Assembly: GCA_963728405.1 (NCBI GenBank)
Contig: CAVSJV010000007.1
Coordinates: 1-64,000 of the forward strand
Reading direction: 5' to 3'
From: Methanomassiliicoccaceae archaeon
GTDB taxonomy: Archaea; Thermoplasmatota; Thermoplasmata; Methanomassiliicoccales; Methanomassiliicoccaceae
Length of the DNA stretch: 64,000 bases
Shown: piece by piece, positions 10,583 through 21,631 of the stretch
Numbering within the stretch: the stretch's first letter is position 1
Layout of the letters: each line of letters begins with the position of its first letter
Made by a program: the position numbers and the translations under genes
The notes under the pieces: generated by a model
What the model saw: the letters and a program-made list of their open reading frames with translations, nothing else
What the model was told of the DNA's origin: nothing
The model's database searches: none

Positions 10583-11452
10583 GTGAATTATTGCAATCAG
10601 TGCGGTTCACAATTGGTTGATGATCACTGTGAAGACTGTGGTCTTTCCTTCATAGATCCAACAGAGAATAAAGATTCGATCTCGCCAGAGCAAGAGAATA
10701 TCATTATTGAAGAAGAATTTGAGAAGAAGAGAAAGAATCAAAAAAGGGAAAAAATCTCAATTTCGCTAATAATTATTGGCATCTTGCTCGCATCCAGTGG
10801 TTCTGTCCTAATGGACATGAGAATCTCCTTTTGGATCACTGGCGCATTGATCATGTCCGCAGGACTTTACTCACTGCTCAAGAACTACTCTAGGATCGCT
10901 GAGGCTGAGCTGCAGATAAAAACAATCGAAGCACAAAAAAACCTGAGGGCGCGAAGGTCAGACACACGCTCAAAAGGAGATCTTTTCGAGGCTTATTCTG
11001 CCGACCTCTTTCCTAATAGTGATTTTACATTTCTAGAAGTTACACCCCGAAGGCCCGATCTAAACGGCAGATGGGTCGAGTCGTTGCTGAACCCAGACTT
11101 CAAAATAAGGTATGAACCAAACGGGCACATCATTTGGGTCGAGTGCAAGTACCGTTCAAAACTACACAACGGGATGCTAGATTGGTGTAATGACCAGCAA
11201 TTGGAGAGGTATAGGAGGTTCCAAAAAGTGCATCGGCCCGAAATGGTGTATGTCGTTGTCGGATTAGGGGGTCGTCCGGATAGCCCGGACTCCATATTCT
11301 GCATGCCATTGGTCGAAGTTCCATCTACCACCCTGGAACCAGGTTTCTATGAACGATATAGCATGCTTCCGGTAGGTCGCCCTTTTGAGTATTATGGCGG
11401 CCGGCTCAGATGGCAGGCTCCGATTGGCACCCCAATTAACCTAACGCCCTAG
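10583..11452 (+). CDS. Zinc ribbon + 2 TM + PD-(D/E)XK nuclease-like protein
   Basis: CNQC..CEDC, two hydrophobic helices, then KGDLFEAY..NPDF..IWVECKYR (E..PD..ExK restriction fold). Confidence 0.7.
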   Translation: MNYCNQCGSQLVDDHCEDCGLSFIDPTENKDSISPEQENIIIEEEFEKKRKNQKREKISISLIIIGILLASSGSVLMDMRISFWITGALIMSAGLYSLLKNYSRIAEAELQIKTIEAQKNLRARRSDTRSKGDLFEAYSADLFPNSDFTFLEVTPRRPDLNGRWVESLLNPDFKIRYEPNGHIIWVECKYRSKLHNGMLDWCNDQQLERYRRFQKVHRPEMVYVVVGLGGRPDSPDSIFCMPLVEVPSTTLEPGFYERYSMLPVGRPFEYYGGRLRWQAPIGTPINLTP

Positions 11453-11599
11453 GCTGAGCGAAATACAGGTCCCGGCCTGTATCGGCTCTATGCAATGGAG
11501 GTTCATGGTGCGGAAGGAGCCCTCTGCGCCCATCAATGATGATCCAATTACCAGATTACTTCGAATTCAGTATTTCGATATAAATAATTCTATTTTATT

Positions 11600-14500
11600 A
11601 TGACCATTTCAAAAGAAACAGATATGTCCTGGCTCTGCGTACAGGACGTTCGCCAAGAAGGGGGAAGGGATATAGCAACGCCTTTAAAGATCGAGATCGA
11701 GGCCGATGGCACTATCAATTACGCCATGCAGCAAAACGATGTGCCCATAATCAAGTTACTAAGAATCACGAACCAGGCCGACGTCACTCTAAATGATCTC
11801 ACAATCACCATCTCAACGGAACCCTGCTTTGCGGAAGAAATGGTGCTCAAGCTGTCATCACTGAGCCCACAAGGATCGCACAACTTCGGCCCAATCGACC
11901 TCCATCCCTCCCACAATTACCTGGCTCATCTTACGGAAAAGGTAACCGGGTCTTTGGACATTAGTGTAAAAAAAGGAGACGAGCTGCTTCTCAGTCACAA
12001 GGCCCGGATCGATGTCCTAGCCTACGACGAGTGGAGCGGGCTCAACTCCCCACCAGAGATACTTGCCGCATTCGTGACCCCCAATAGCATGGCAGTCGAA
12101 TCGATTTTGCGAGAAGCCGCAGACATTCTCTGCGAATGGTTGGGATGTTCATCCATTGATGGGTATCAAAGCAAGAGTCCTCAAAGGGCCTTCCAGATTA
12201 CGGGTGCCATATTCTCTGCCATACAGAAACATCGGATCGCGTACGTCTCCCCACCAGCGAGCTACGAGGCAACCGGACAAAAAATCAGGACGCCGGACCG
12301 TGTCCTGGGGAATGGCCTTGGGACCTGCCTAGACCTGACCGTCTTGATTGCAGCATGCTTGGAGCAGGCAGGTCTCAATCCATTGCTTGTAGTTCATGAG
12401 GGCCACGCTTACGCGGGAGTCTGGCTCGAAGAGGATTGCTTCGCTGATGCGATCCTCTACGACCCCCTCCAACTGCGAAAGAGGATCGACTTGAGAGAGA
12501 TCTGTGTCTTCGAGACGACCCTGCTGACCTCTGATCAGCCAGTTTCATTCCAGCAAGCGGTGGATGCCGGACGGAGGAAGCTTGGCGAGGAGGGTGCCTT
12601 CCGTTTTGCGGTTGATGTGCGCAGGGCACGGTAAGGGACAGGTTCGCCCACTTCCATCGCGTTCAGACGAGGGGACCATCGACACAACTAACCAGAACAC
12701 AGATGTTGATCCAAACAATGTAGTGCTGTCAGATAAGCCCATGTTAGAGGCCGTTGTTCTAGCAGAGAAGGAGAGGGAGGAGGAGAGCTCCAGCACCAGG
12801 GTTGAACGGTGGAAGCGTAAGCTTCTCGACCTCTCCATGCGCAACCGTCTGCTCAACTTCAAGGAGTGTAAATCGAACATACATGTCCTTTACCCAAACA
12901 TCTCTGAGCTGGAGAATTCAATCGCCGAAGGGAGACCATTCAAAGTACATCCCCGCCCAAAGGAGATGGATGGGGTTGATGTCCGCGACCCCGAGGTCCA
13001 CATCAAGCGCACCGGTCAGGATGCTATCAACGAGCTTTTGAAAGAAGAACTGAAATCGCATAGGCTTAGGGTCGATCTTCCAGAGGTGGAGCTGTCTAAG
13101 AGGTTGACAGAGATCTTTAGGAAGTCCAAGCTGAGCATAGAAGAAAGCGGGGTGAACACGCTTTACCTGGCTCTGGGTTTCCTATCTTGGTATGAAGCGA
13201 AGACTTCCGAGGTAAGGCACCTCTCACCGCTAATAATGGTCCCATTGACGATCACCAGAACCTCGATCCAGGAGGGCTATTCCATCTCGCTGGGCGACGA
13301 GGAGCCCATGATAAACGTTACTCTCCTCGAGCAACTGGCTAACGACTTCGACATCGTCATCCCGGAGATAGAGTTGATCCAGGGGGACGAGAGTGGTCTG
13401 AACGTAAACGGAATTCTGAACACGTTCCGAAAGGCCGTCAAACAGGTGGATAGGTGGGAGATCGTTGAGGACGCCTACATCGGGCACTTCTCTTTCGCCA
13501 AGTTCCTTATGTGGCGGGATCTCCAAGTCCGATCAGAAGACCTTCAGCGCAATAAAGTGGTGGCGCACCTGATGAACACACCCAACCTTCAGTTTGAGGG
13601 CCAGGGTGAGTTTCCGAGCGTCGACACGCTGGACCGTGAATATCCTCCTCATGAGACTTTCTGCCCCATAAGTGCCGACTCATCCCAGCTCGCGGCCGTG
13701 TGCGCGTCTGGGGAGGGGAGGAGCTTCGTGCTCCACGGCCCCCCTGGGACGGGCAAGTCTCAGACCATCACCAATATTATCGCCCATAATCTGGCTATGG
13801 GCAAGACTGTACTATTCGTTTCCGAGAAGAAGGCGGCACTCGAGGTAGTTTACGATCGGCTAAAAAAGTGTGACCTGGGCCCATTTTGCCTAGTCCTCCA
13901 CTCAAACAAGAGCAACAAGGTCGAGTTCTTGAGCCAACTCCGGCAGTCACTTTTGGTCGAAGAGCAGATGACTGGCTCGGGGTGGATGGGAGGCACCTCA
14001 CAGATACAGAAGCTTAGAATCGAGCTCAACTCGTACGTCACTTCGCTCCACAAGGTCAGGAGTACGGGGGAGAGCGTGTTCAACGGCATCTCCCATCTCA
14101 TAAAGCTGCACGGGTACCCCCACATCGACCTCAAGCTGCTAGGCTCCGGTCCGCTGGACAAGGAGAGGAAGGACAGGCTGAGCGACCTGGCCACGTTGCT
14201 CCAATTGGCCGCCACTTGCATCACTCATCCCAAGGACAACGTTTGGGCCACCACCGACTATCCTGACTGGTCCAACACCCTAACGAACAAGATTGTAGAG
14301 AGCTTGAACGTGGGGGCGAGGTGCTGCACACAGCTTGAGGGTGCTTCCCTCGAGGTTAGCGGGCACCTGGGCCTACCCACGCGAGGGTGGAGCTGGGACA
14401 CCCACTGCGCCGCGAGTGGCGTTGCTGCCGACCTTATTGAGCTTCTGCCCGGAGTGCCGTCGTCAACGATGATGGTAGGCCTGAATGAAGCGATGGAATC

Positions 14501-17500
14501 AGAAATCGCAACATGGGTCACCGCCGGTCGATGCAGGGATGCGCTTAGAAGCAAGGTGTTCTCAGCCTTCGCGCCGGAGCTGCTATCGATGGACCTCCCG
14601 TCGCTTCAATTGTCCGTCACCGCCGCCTACTCTAGCTGGATAACGCCAGAGTTGGTCTCCAGACTACCGAAGGACGGAAGAAGCGATTGGACTGCCGACC
14701 TAGGGAGTGAGGTAATCGAGCCCTTGGGAAGCCTAGAGAAGGCTTGTCTATCTGCGAAAAGGGCTGTGAGCGAAGTCTCGGAGCCCTTGAAGATACGGAT
14801 CGAATCACTTAAATTGGCTCACATGGCACTTTTAGCCGAGCTATTTGATAATCTTCAGGGTCCGCCATCCATTCCGGTAGGTGCGCTGCTCTCTGCCCAG
14901 GACTGGGACGCTTACCGTATCGCGACCGCCGACCTGGTAAAGCACGGGAGGGAAAGGGACAACTTGAGGAAAGCCCTCCTTTCCAATTACACTGGGGGCA
15001 TCGTTAAGCTAGAGCTTGAAGAGATCAGGAGGGACCTGGTCGCCTGCAAGGACAGCTGGTTCCTCCCCCGCGCCCTCGGCTACGGAAAAGCCAAGAAGAA
15101 AGTACGCGAAGCGTGCCGTGGCCGAATACCTGAGATTGACAGGCTGCTCAGCGACCTAGACATGGCCATCCAGCTTCGTGAAGAGGAGGCCAAGGTGGCT
15201 AAGTACGGCACCATGGCCAAAGAGCTGTTTGGAGCCCACTGGAAGGAGGGGGAGGCAGACTGGGACGCATTCGAGAGCGCTGCTGTCTATTGCGATAAGC
15301 TGAAGGCCTCGATAAACAAAATCTGCAGAACCATCGGTCAGGAACCCTCATCCATTCGTTCCCGTGTACTTGACATCCTCACCAACGACCGAGACCGCTT
15401 GGCTAAAGATGGAGATATTGGACAGAAGCTCCGCTCCGCATCCATCTCACTGAAGGAGCTGAGCTCGGAACTTGAAGAAGAGATGACGGTTCTCAGCGAA
15501 GTCAGCACCGCCAAGTGGAAGGTGGGGACGATCGATGATGTCATCGCAGATGTCCGATCATGGAGAGGGCAATTCTCGACCATCCTTTCACTTAGGAAAG
15601 TGGCTAAGAAACGTTCAGATGCCAGGGTACACCGAGTTGCCTGGCATTATTGAGCAAGCGATCGAGTTGAAGGGACAAGAGGCTCGGGTGACATCGATGA
15701 CACCATTGGCCGTCCCGGTCCTTGGAAAGTACTGGCGCAACGGAGAGGCGGATTGGGGACAGATCGAGAAGGCTTCGGCACAGTGCCGTAAACTGAGGGA
15801 GGACGCTAGAGCGATCACGTTAAGCCAGGAGGCCATGGACAAGCTACTATTCCACTGGGCGACCTTCCTAGGTACAATCGAGGGCGACGCAAACCCCATT
15901 GCCCAGCTTCTAACGCGCCTAAACGCCCTCATCAAAGCGCACGACGAGGAACAAAGGTCCCTCAATGTAATCGAGGAAATAACTCATAAGAACCCCTCCT
16001 CAGCCTGGGGCTCGCCAGATCGCCCAGATTTCACCCAGAAATCCCTCGGAGACATTCAGCTATGGCAAGAAAAAATCCCCGAGTTCAAGGCTTGGTGTCA
16101 CTGGCGCTCAGTACGGCGCGACGCCCTCTCTTCGGGGCTGGGGCCACTCGTTGAGGCATTCGAACGCGACCAGGTAACGGGCTCAGACCTTGGCATCGTG
16201 TTCGCCCATAGTTACTATTTCGAATGGGTAGAGAGCGAGGTCGGATCTGATAATGTGCTTAATAAATTCTTCAGCCCCGAGTTCGAGCAGAAGATCCAGA
16301 CCTTCCGCGACCTAGACACCAGGCTGGAGGACTTGACAAAGAAAGAGATATGTGCCCGATTGGCGGAAAGACTGCCATCCACAACCGGCAACGAGAACGG
16401 CAACTCTGAGCTGGGCATTCTTCGTAGAGAGATGCAGAAGCAGCGCGGGCACATGTCGGTGCGCTCCCTCATCCACAGGATCCCTAACCTGCTGCCTCGT
16501 CTAAAACCGTGCTTGCTGATGAGCCCGATCTCTGTGACGCAATACCTAGATGCGTCCTACCCGTCCTTCGACCTGGTCGTGTTCGACGAAGCGTCACAGA
16601 TGCCCGTGTGGGACGCCGTCGGAGCCATAGCGCGTGGCACCGACGTCATCATCGTTGGGGACCCGAAGCAACTCCCGCCGACCAACTTCTTCGGCAGGAC
16701 GGATAACGACGAGCTGAGCGACCAGGACGACACCGTAGAGGACATGGAGAGCATACTGGACGACTGCATTGCAGCGAGACTGCCAGAGCAGTACCTGAGG
16801 TGGCATTACCGCAGTCGGCATGAGAGCCTCATCGCTTTCAGCAACCACCGATACTACGACAACAGGCTATTCACTTTCCCGTCGCCCCAGGAGCGCATGG
16901 CTGTGACGCTCCGCCCCATACTCGGCACATACGACATGGGAGGTTCTAGGACCAACCGCAAGGAGGCGGAGGCTATCGTGGAGGAGATTATTCGCCGCCT
17001 GAGGAACCCGTCCCTATCGAGGTATTCCATCGGCGTCGTCACATTCAGCATCCCCCAGCAGACGCTGATAGAGGACATGCTGGACTCCACCCTTGGTAAG
17101 GACCACGAACTCGAGGCCATCTGCGACAGCGCATCGGACCCGATATTTGTCAAGAACTTGGAGAATGTCCAGGGCGACGAGAGGGATGTGATCCTATTCT
17201 CCATTTGCTACGGCCCCGACAAGAGCGGGAAAATCTCGATGAACTTCGGGCCATTGAATAAGATTGGTGGGGAGAGACGCCTCAACAATGTGGCCATCAC
17301 CAGGGCTAGGAGGGAGGTCGTTGTCTTTTCATCAATAAGCGCGGACAGGATCAACCTGTCGAGAACTAGCGCCAAGGGGGTGGCCGACCTCAAGAGCTTC
17401 CTGGACTATGCCGAGAGAGGCATGGTGGCCATTACCGAGAACGTAACAACCAACCCCGATGGCCAATGCGAGTCGTTCTTTGAGGAAGAGGTAAGCAAGG

Positions 17501-18456
17501 CCCTTAAGGCCAAGGGTTACGAGATCCATCACCAGGTTGGTTGCTCAGGTTACCGCATCGACCTCGGTGTGGTTGACCCAGAGAAGCCTGGCAACTACCT
17601 AATCGGAATTGAGTGTGATGGAGCTAATTACCATCGGGCCAAGACGGCGAGGGACCGCGACAAGCTCCGAGAGAGCGTGCTCAACGATCTCGGCTGGACC
17701 CTCCACCGCGTTTGGTCCACTGATTGGTGGCATAGCCCGAGCGGGGAGCTCGCAAAGATGGAACGGGCAATAGAGGGAGCAAAACTGGCCAAAAAGGCTG
17801 CCCATATGGACACTACAGAGAGCGCTAAGCCGAGCCCTCCGAAGGCAACAAACGTCGAGGAGGCTCCTGGCGAGATCGCATTCCCCATCATCAGCAGAAA
17901 TGGATCGTTGGAATTGAACACATACCGGGCGTACCGCCCGGGCCACCTACGTGAAGACGCCGACATCCACGCTTACAACTCTATGAGGGAGATGGCCAGA
18001 GAGCTGGAGGATGTCGTTGATCTCGAGGGGCCAATCCTGCTTAATGTTGCAGCTAAGCGGATCGCGCCTTGCTGGGGCGTCAAGAGGTGCACAGAGAGCT
18101 TCGTCCATCAAGTGCGATCGGTCATTTCGCACACATCGGTGAAAATGACGAGGTCCAGTGGCGACAATGTCCTATGGCCAACGCGTCTCTCTCCAAAGGG
18201 CTACTGCGGGTTCAGGGTTCCCGGCATCGGCGAAGACTGCAAGAGGAAAGTTGATGAGATACCTCTGGTGGAGATCGCCAACGGCTCGGCCCACACGCTG
18301 AGGCAGCAGATCGCCCTGCCGATGGACGACCTCGTAAAGGAGACGGCTAGGCTGTTCGGGTTCCAAAGGATGGGTCCCGCCGTGGAGAGCAGAATTCGAG
18401 AGGCCGTTGTAGTGCTAATTGAAGAGGGCAGGTTAGAGGAAAAGAGGGGACCATGA
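11600..18456 (+). CDS. DUF4011 / SF1 helicase / very-short-patch-type nuclease / DUF3320 protein (Hhe-like defence protein), split by two frameshifts
   Basis: Three consecutive ORFs: 11600..12634 (GTCLD..GHAYAGVW), 12564..15653 (WKRKLLDLSMRNRLLNF, TLYLALGFL, Walker A HGPPGTGKSQT) and 15535..18456 (FDEASQ, GDPKQLPP, HYRS, ENVQGDERD, AITRAR, IECDG..H..RDRD..GW..RVWSTDWW). Confidence 0.9.
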
Positions 18457-18571
18457 CCCTGGCGAAGTTGCTGAAGGAATGAGGTAGCTAAAAAAAGTTG
18501 CTTTTTACATTATCTTTCTAGATAAATGGTAAATAGGGACCATTGGTAATGGCATAAAAGGAGGATTTGAT

Positions 18572-19483
18572 TTGAATTGCCCCAGATGCGGGGCACCTAA
18601 TCAGGAAGGTGCCTCCTTTTGCATATCCTGCGGGGCGTCGTTGGCGACCTCGCAGCCGTATGCTCCGCCTCCTCCGAGGAGAGCGGGGTCGAAGAAAAAG
18701 ATCTTGGCAGTCGCGGTCATGATCATCATCGTCATGCTCGTTGTGGCTGTAGCCGCGGCTGGAACATCGAACAACAGCAAGGACTCCAGCGGGGGCCAAT
18801 CGAGCGCCGGGACGAATGCTCCACCCGTAGTAGAGAACAACACCACCACGAACGGTGCCACGCCTTCATCCATTACACCAGCACAAGACCAGATCGCCAA
18901 TGTGACATTGAGTGGCAGTGGTGATAGCGTCACCGACAAGTTCGACCTGAGATCGGGCGTTGCCATCTTTCACATGAGCTACAGTGGCGCATCGAACTTC
19001 GCTGTGACCCTCTATACATCCGCCGGAGAATACGTTGATCTTCTGGCCAACGAGATCGGCTCCTATTCAGGCAGCTCGCTCGTGGGTGTTTCCGGCGAGG
19101 CCGTGGGAACCTCAGCGGGACAACACTATCTAGAGGTCACGGCGAGCGGGCCCTGGACCGTCGTCGTGGAACAGCCGAGGGTATCCACAGCGTCGCCGAT
19201 ACCGGTGACGCTGAGTGGAAAAGGTGCGGATGTGCCCGCCCCATTCGCGCTACAGAGCGGTTCGGTGAAGGTCACCATGACCCATGACGGATCGTCCAAC
19301 TTCGCCGTCACCCTGTACGATGGGCAGGGTGGTTATGTCGACCTGCTCGCTAACGAGATCGGCCCCTACAGCGGCAGCAAGTCGGTCAGCGTCGATAGCA
19401 GTGTCTTCGGTGCATCCCCCGGCATTCACTATCTTAAGGTGGAGGCCGACGGCAACTGGATGATCCAGATCACCAAGATCTAG
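18572..19483 (+). CDS. Zinc ribbon + TM + two tandem beta-rich extracellular repeats
   Basis: GGAGG SD with TTG start; CPRCG..FCISCG, TM helix, and the repeat VTLSG.G....F.L.SG...SNFAVTLY...G.YVDLLANEIG.YSGS twice. Confidence 0.85.
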   Translation: MNCPRCGAPNQEGASFCISCGASLATSQPYAPPPPRRAGSKKKILAVAVMIIIVMLVVAVAAAGTSNNSKDSSGGQSSAGTNAPPVVENNTTTNGATPSSITPAQDQIANVTLSGSGDSVTDKFDLRSGVAIFHMSYSGASNFAVTLYTSAGEYVDLLANEIGSYSGSSLVGVSGEAVGTSAGQHYLEVTASGPWTVVVEQPRVSTASPIPVTLSGKGADVPAPFALQSGSVKVTMTHDGSSNFAVTLYDGQGGYVDLLANEIGPYSGSKSVSVDSSVFGASPGIHYLKVEADGNWMIQITKI

Positions 19484-19550
19484 ATCGGCCAGCAAACCCT
19501 TTCCCTGTTTTCTTGATCGGATCTGTTCTCATAAATTCATATGCTCGCCC

Positions 19551-21425
19551 TCAGCGCTCCATCCTAGATCGGAAGAACCTCTCGGTCTCCTTATCCTCGA
19601 AATGGACGTAGCAGCCTTTCATCCCCCTGGTGAGGAGGACACGATAGGTATTCTTGACCAGGTCGGCGAATCGATCCTTAGATCTCTTGACGGCACCATC
19701 GAAGGAGTGCTCCTTATCCCCGATCCACATTTGGTTGTCTGGATCATATCGAAGGTCTTTGCCAAAGATGACTCCGACATAGTCAAACTCGAATCCTTGG
19801 GCTGTATAAACACAGCCGACCTGTTCGATTCCATTAGGATCATGGGCCCATAGTACGGCTTTTGGAATTCCCTTGGCTAGCTTGGTAGCTTCCGGTTTCG
19901 CGTTCCACGGTCTCTGATAGTTGCCGACCTTGACATCGAGAATCAAAGACCCATCATTGTTGGCTTCGGACCAGGGCCAGCAGAATCCGGCAGTCATTCG
20001 TCCAGTGTTACCTTGGCTTACTTTTTCTCTAATAGCATTTTCCATATTTTCGGCCGAATCAAATATTTTGAAGTCAAAGCCCTCGTTGTTCTGCCATAGA
20101 ATATTGGCTGTTCTCTTGACGCCGAGGGTGTTATTGATCCAATTGACAAAAGCGTCCGAGCCAGCACAACGGAACTGGGCCTCTAATTGATACTCGAATA
20201 GGGAACAACCACCCCTGGCTGCAGCGTCTCTTATGTATTGTACCGATCCGATCTCATCTGGACGCACTATCTGGTCATCATCGATGAAAAAGACCGTTAC
20301 TTTTGACGCTTTAATGAGCTCATCAATCTGTGGTTTATCGCTCCTCTGTTCTTTGGGCGTGAACCGGTTGCTGCTCAATTTCCTTATCCTATGGGCCTCA
20401 TCAGCGACTAGGACATCGATTGCATTGAGCTCGGCGTTGGTGTAACTGTTAAAGTAATTGAATTGCACGCTTCCCCTTGAGCCGATGACCGCCCTTAGGG
20501 TTTGAGTGAATGCCCTTGAGCCAGTGGCGTACTGGACGTTGAATCCTTTGAGTAATAGGTCGGCCATGAGATTGATGGCGATCACAGACTTGCCCGTTCC
20601 CGGCCCACCCTTGACGATGATAACTGCTTTCTTACGGTCGTGGAAGCCCTGTCCGGCCCAGGCAAGCACCTTATCATAAATGACCAATTGATCATCCAGT
20701 AGGACGTACTCACTCCTCCCTCGGATCACGCCGCTAACATGTGGTCCATGAGTTTCTTGCTGGGGCGGTACTTGCTTTGTTCGATCTTTTGCAAGACCTC
20801 TAGGCCTTGTCCGGTTTCGAGTCTTTTTACTAGGAAGTCGGTTAGTTTGAGCAGGTCATCTTTGGTAAAGAGTGGACAGAGGTCCAGGACCCCTCGGAAT
20901 CGGTCTGTGAAGATTGGATCTTGAACTGTCGAATGGATAGTTGTGGAGGTACGAGCAAGCGTTCAGTGCAATAGGATCGTGACCGTCGTAGAATGCAGTG
21001 TGCGTGTCCTGCAAGTACATTCGGTACTGATTGACCTGGGCAGATGGATGGAGGACCTCCCTCTCCGCCCCACCTGTATAGGCGAGGACCTCGTTCTCAC
21101 CTTCTGCTAGCTTGCATTTTTCCCACTGTTTCAGCTCGACAATGACCGCATTATCCCTCTTTGAATTGTCCTTGCCACAGATCAGGAAGTCCAATCTCCT
21201 GGAGGTCATAGGGAGTTGGTATTCGAGAATGATCCCATGGTCGTTCAGCTTTGACCGCATTAGGAGTAGGGACATTGCTCTTAGAGAGTTCTGCCACGAC
21301 TGCACTTCGGATGGGGATGGATTGAAGCGGAAATGCTCGAAGAAGGAGATTTTGAGTTTGTCAGCAATCTGGTTTTGGACCGTGTCTTCAATGAACTGTT
21401 CGGAGGACCCGGAGTACAGCTTCAT
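19551..21425 (-). CDS. DUF2075 (Schlafen-group-3-like) helicase with N-terminal nuclease-like domain, frameshifted
   Basis: ORF 20856..21425 has RRLDFLICG..VIVELKQW..HPSAQ. ORF 19551..20729 has KGGPGTGKS, ADEAHR, QFRC, GCVYTAQGFEFDY and NTYRVLLTRG. Confidence 0.88.
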
Positions 21426-21588
21426 GAGTTAAGTGGGTATCACTGGATGAGGTGTTGATCTTATCGGTCTTTAGTACGGAGAAAGGATGCAGAGGGATAG
21501 TTAGATGAGTCATACCTACTCCTTTGATAATAAATCTAATTTTAGAATTTTAATGTTAATAGACGAATACTGGCCTAACCTTCTTTCT

Positions 21589-21622
21589 TGGGTGCGAGGG
21601 GAGGGATTTGAACCCATGAACC
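21589..21622 (-). repeat. tRNA-Leu-like 3'-end fragment (att-like scar 1)
   Basis: Minus strand reads ggttcatgGGTTCAAATCCctcccctcgcaccca: T-arm plus acceptor 3' strand, with no 5' half. Near-copy at 63495..63529. Confidence 0.7.
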
Positions 21623-21631
21623 ACTGTTGCA

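Noticed and set aside
11600-18456. Three-gene operon or programmed frameshifting
   Set aside because: Domains continue across the breaks as one known architecture, no slippery sites are evident, and indels are common throughout the window.
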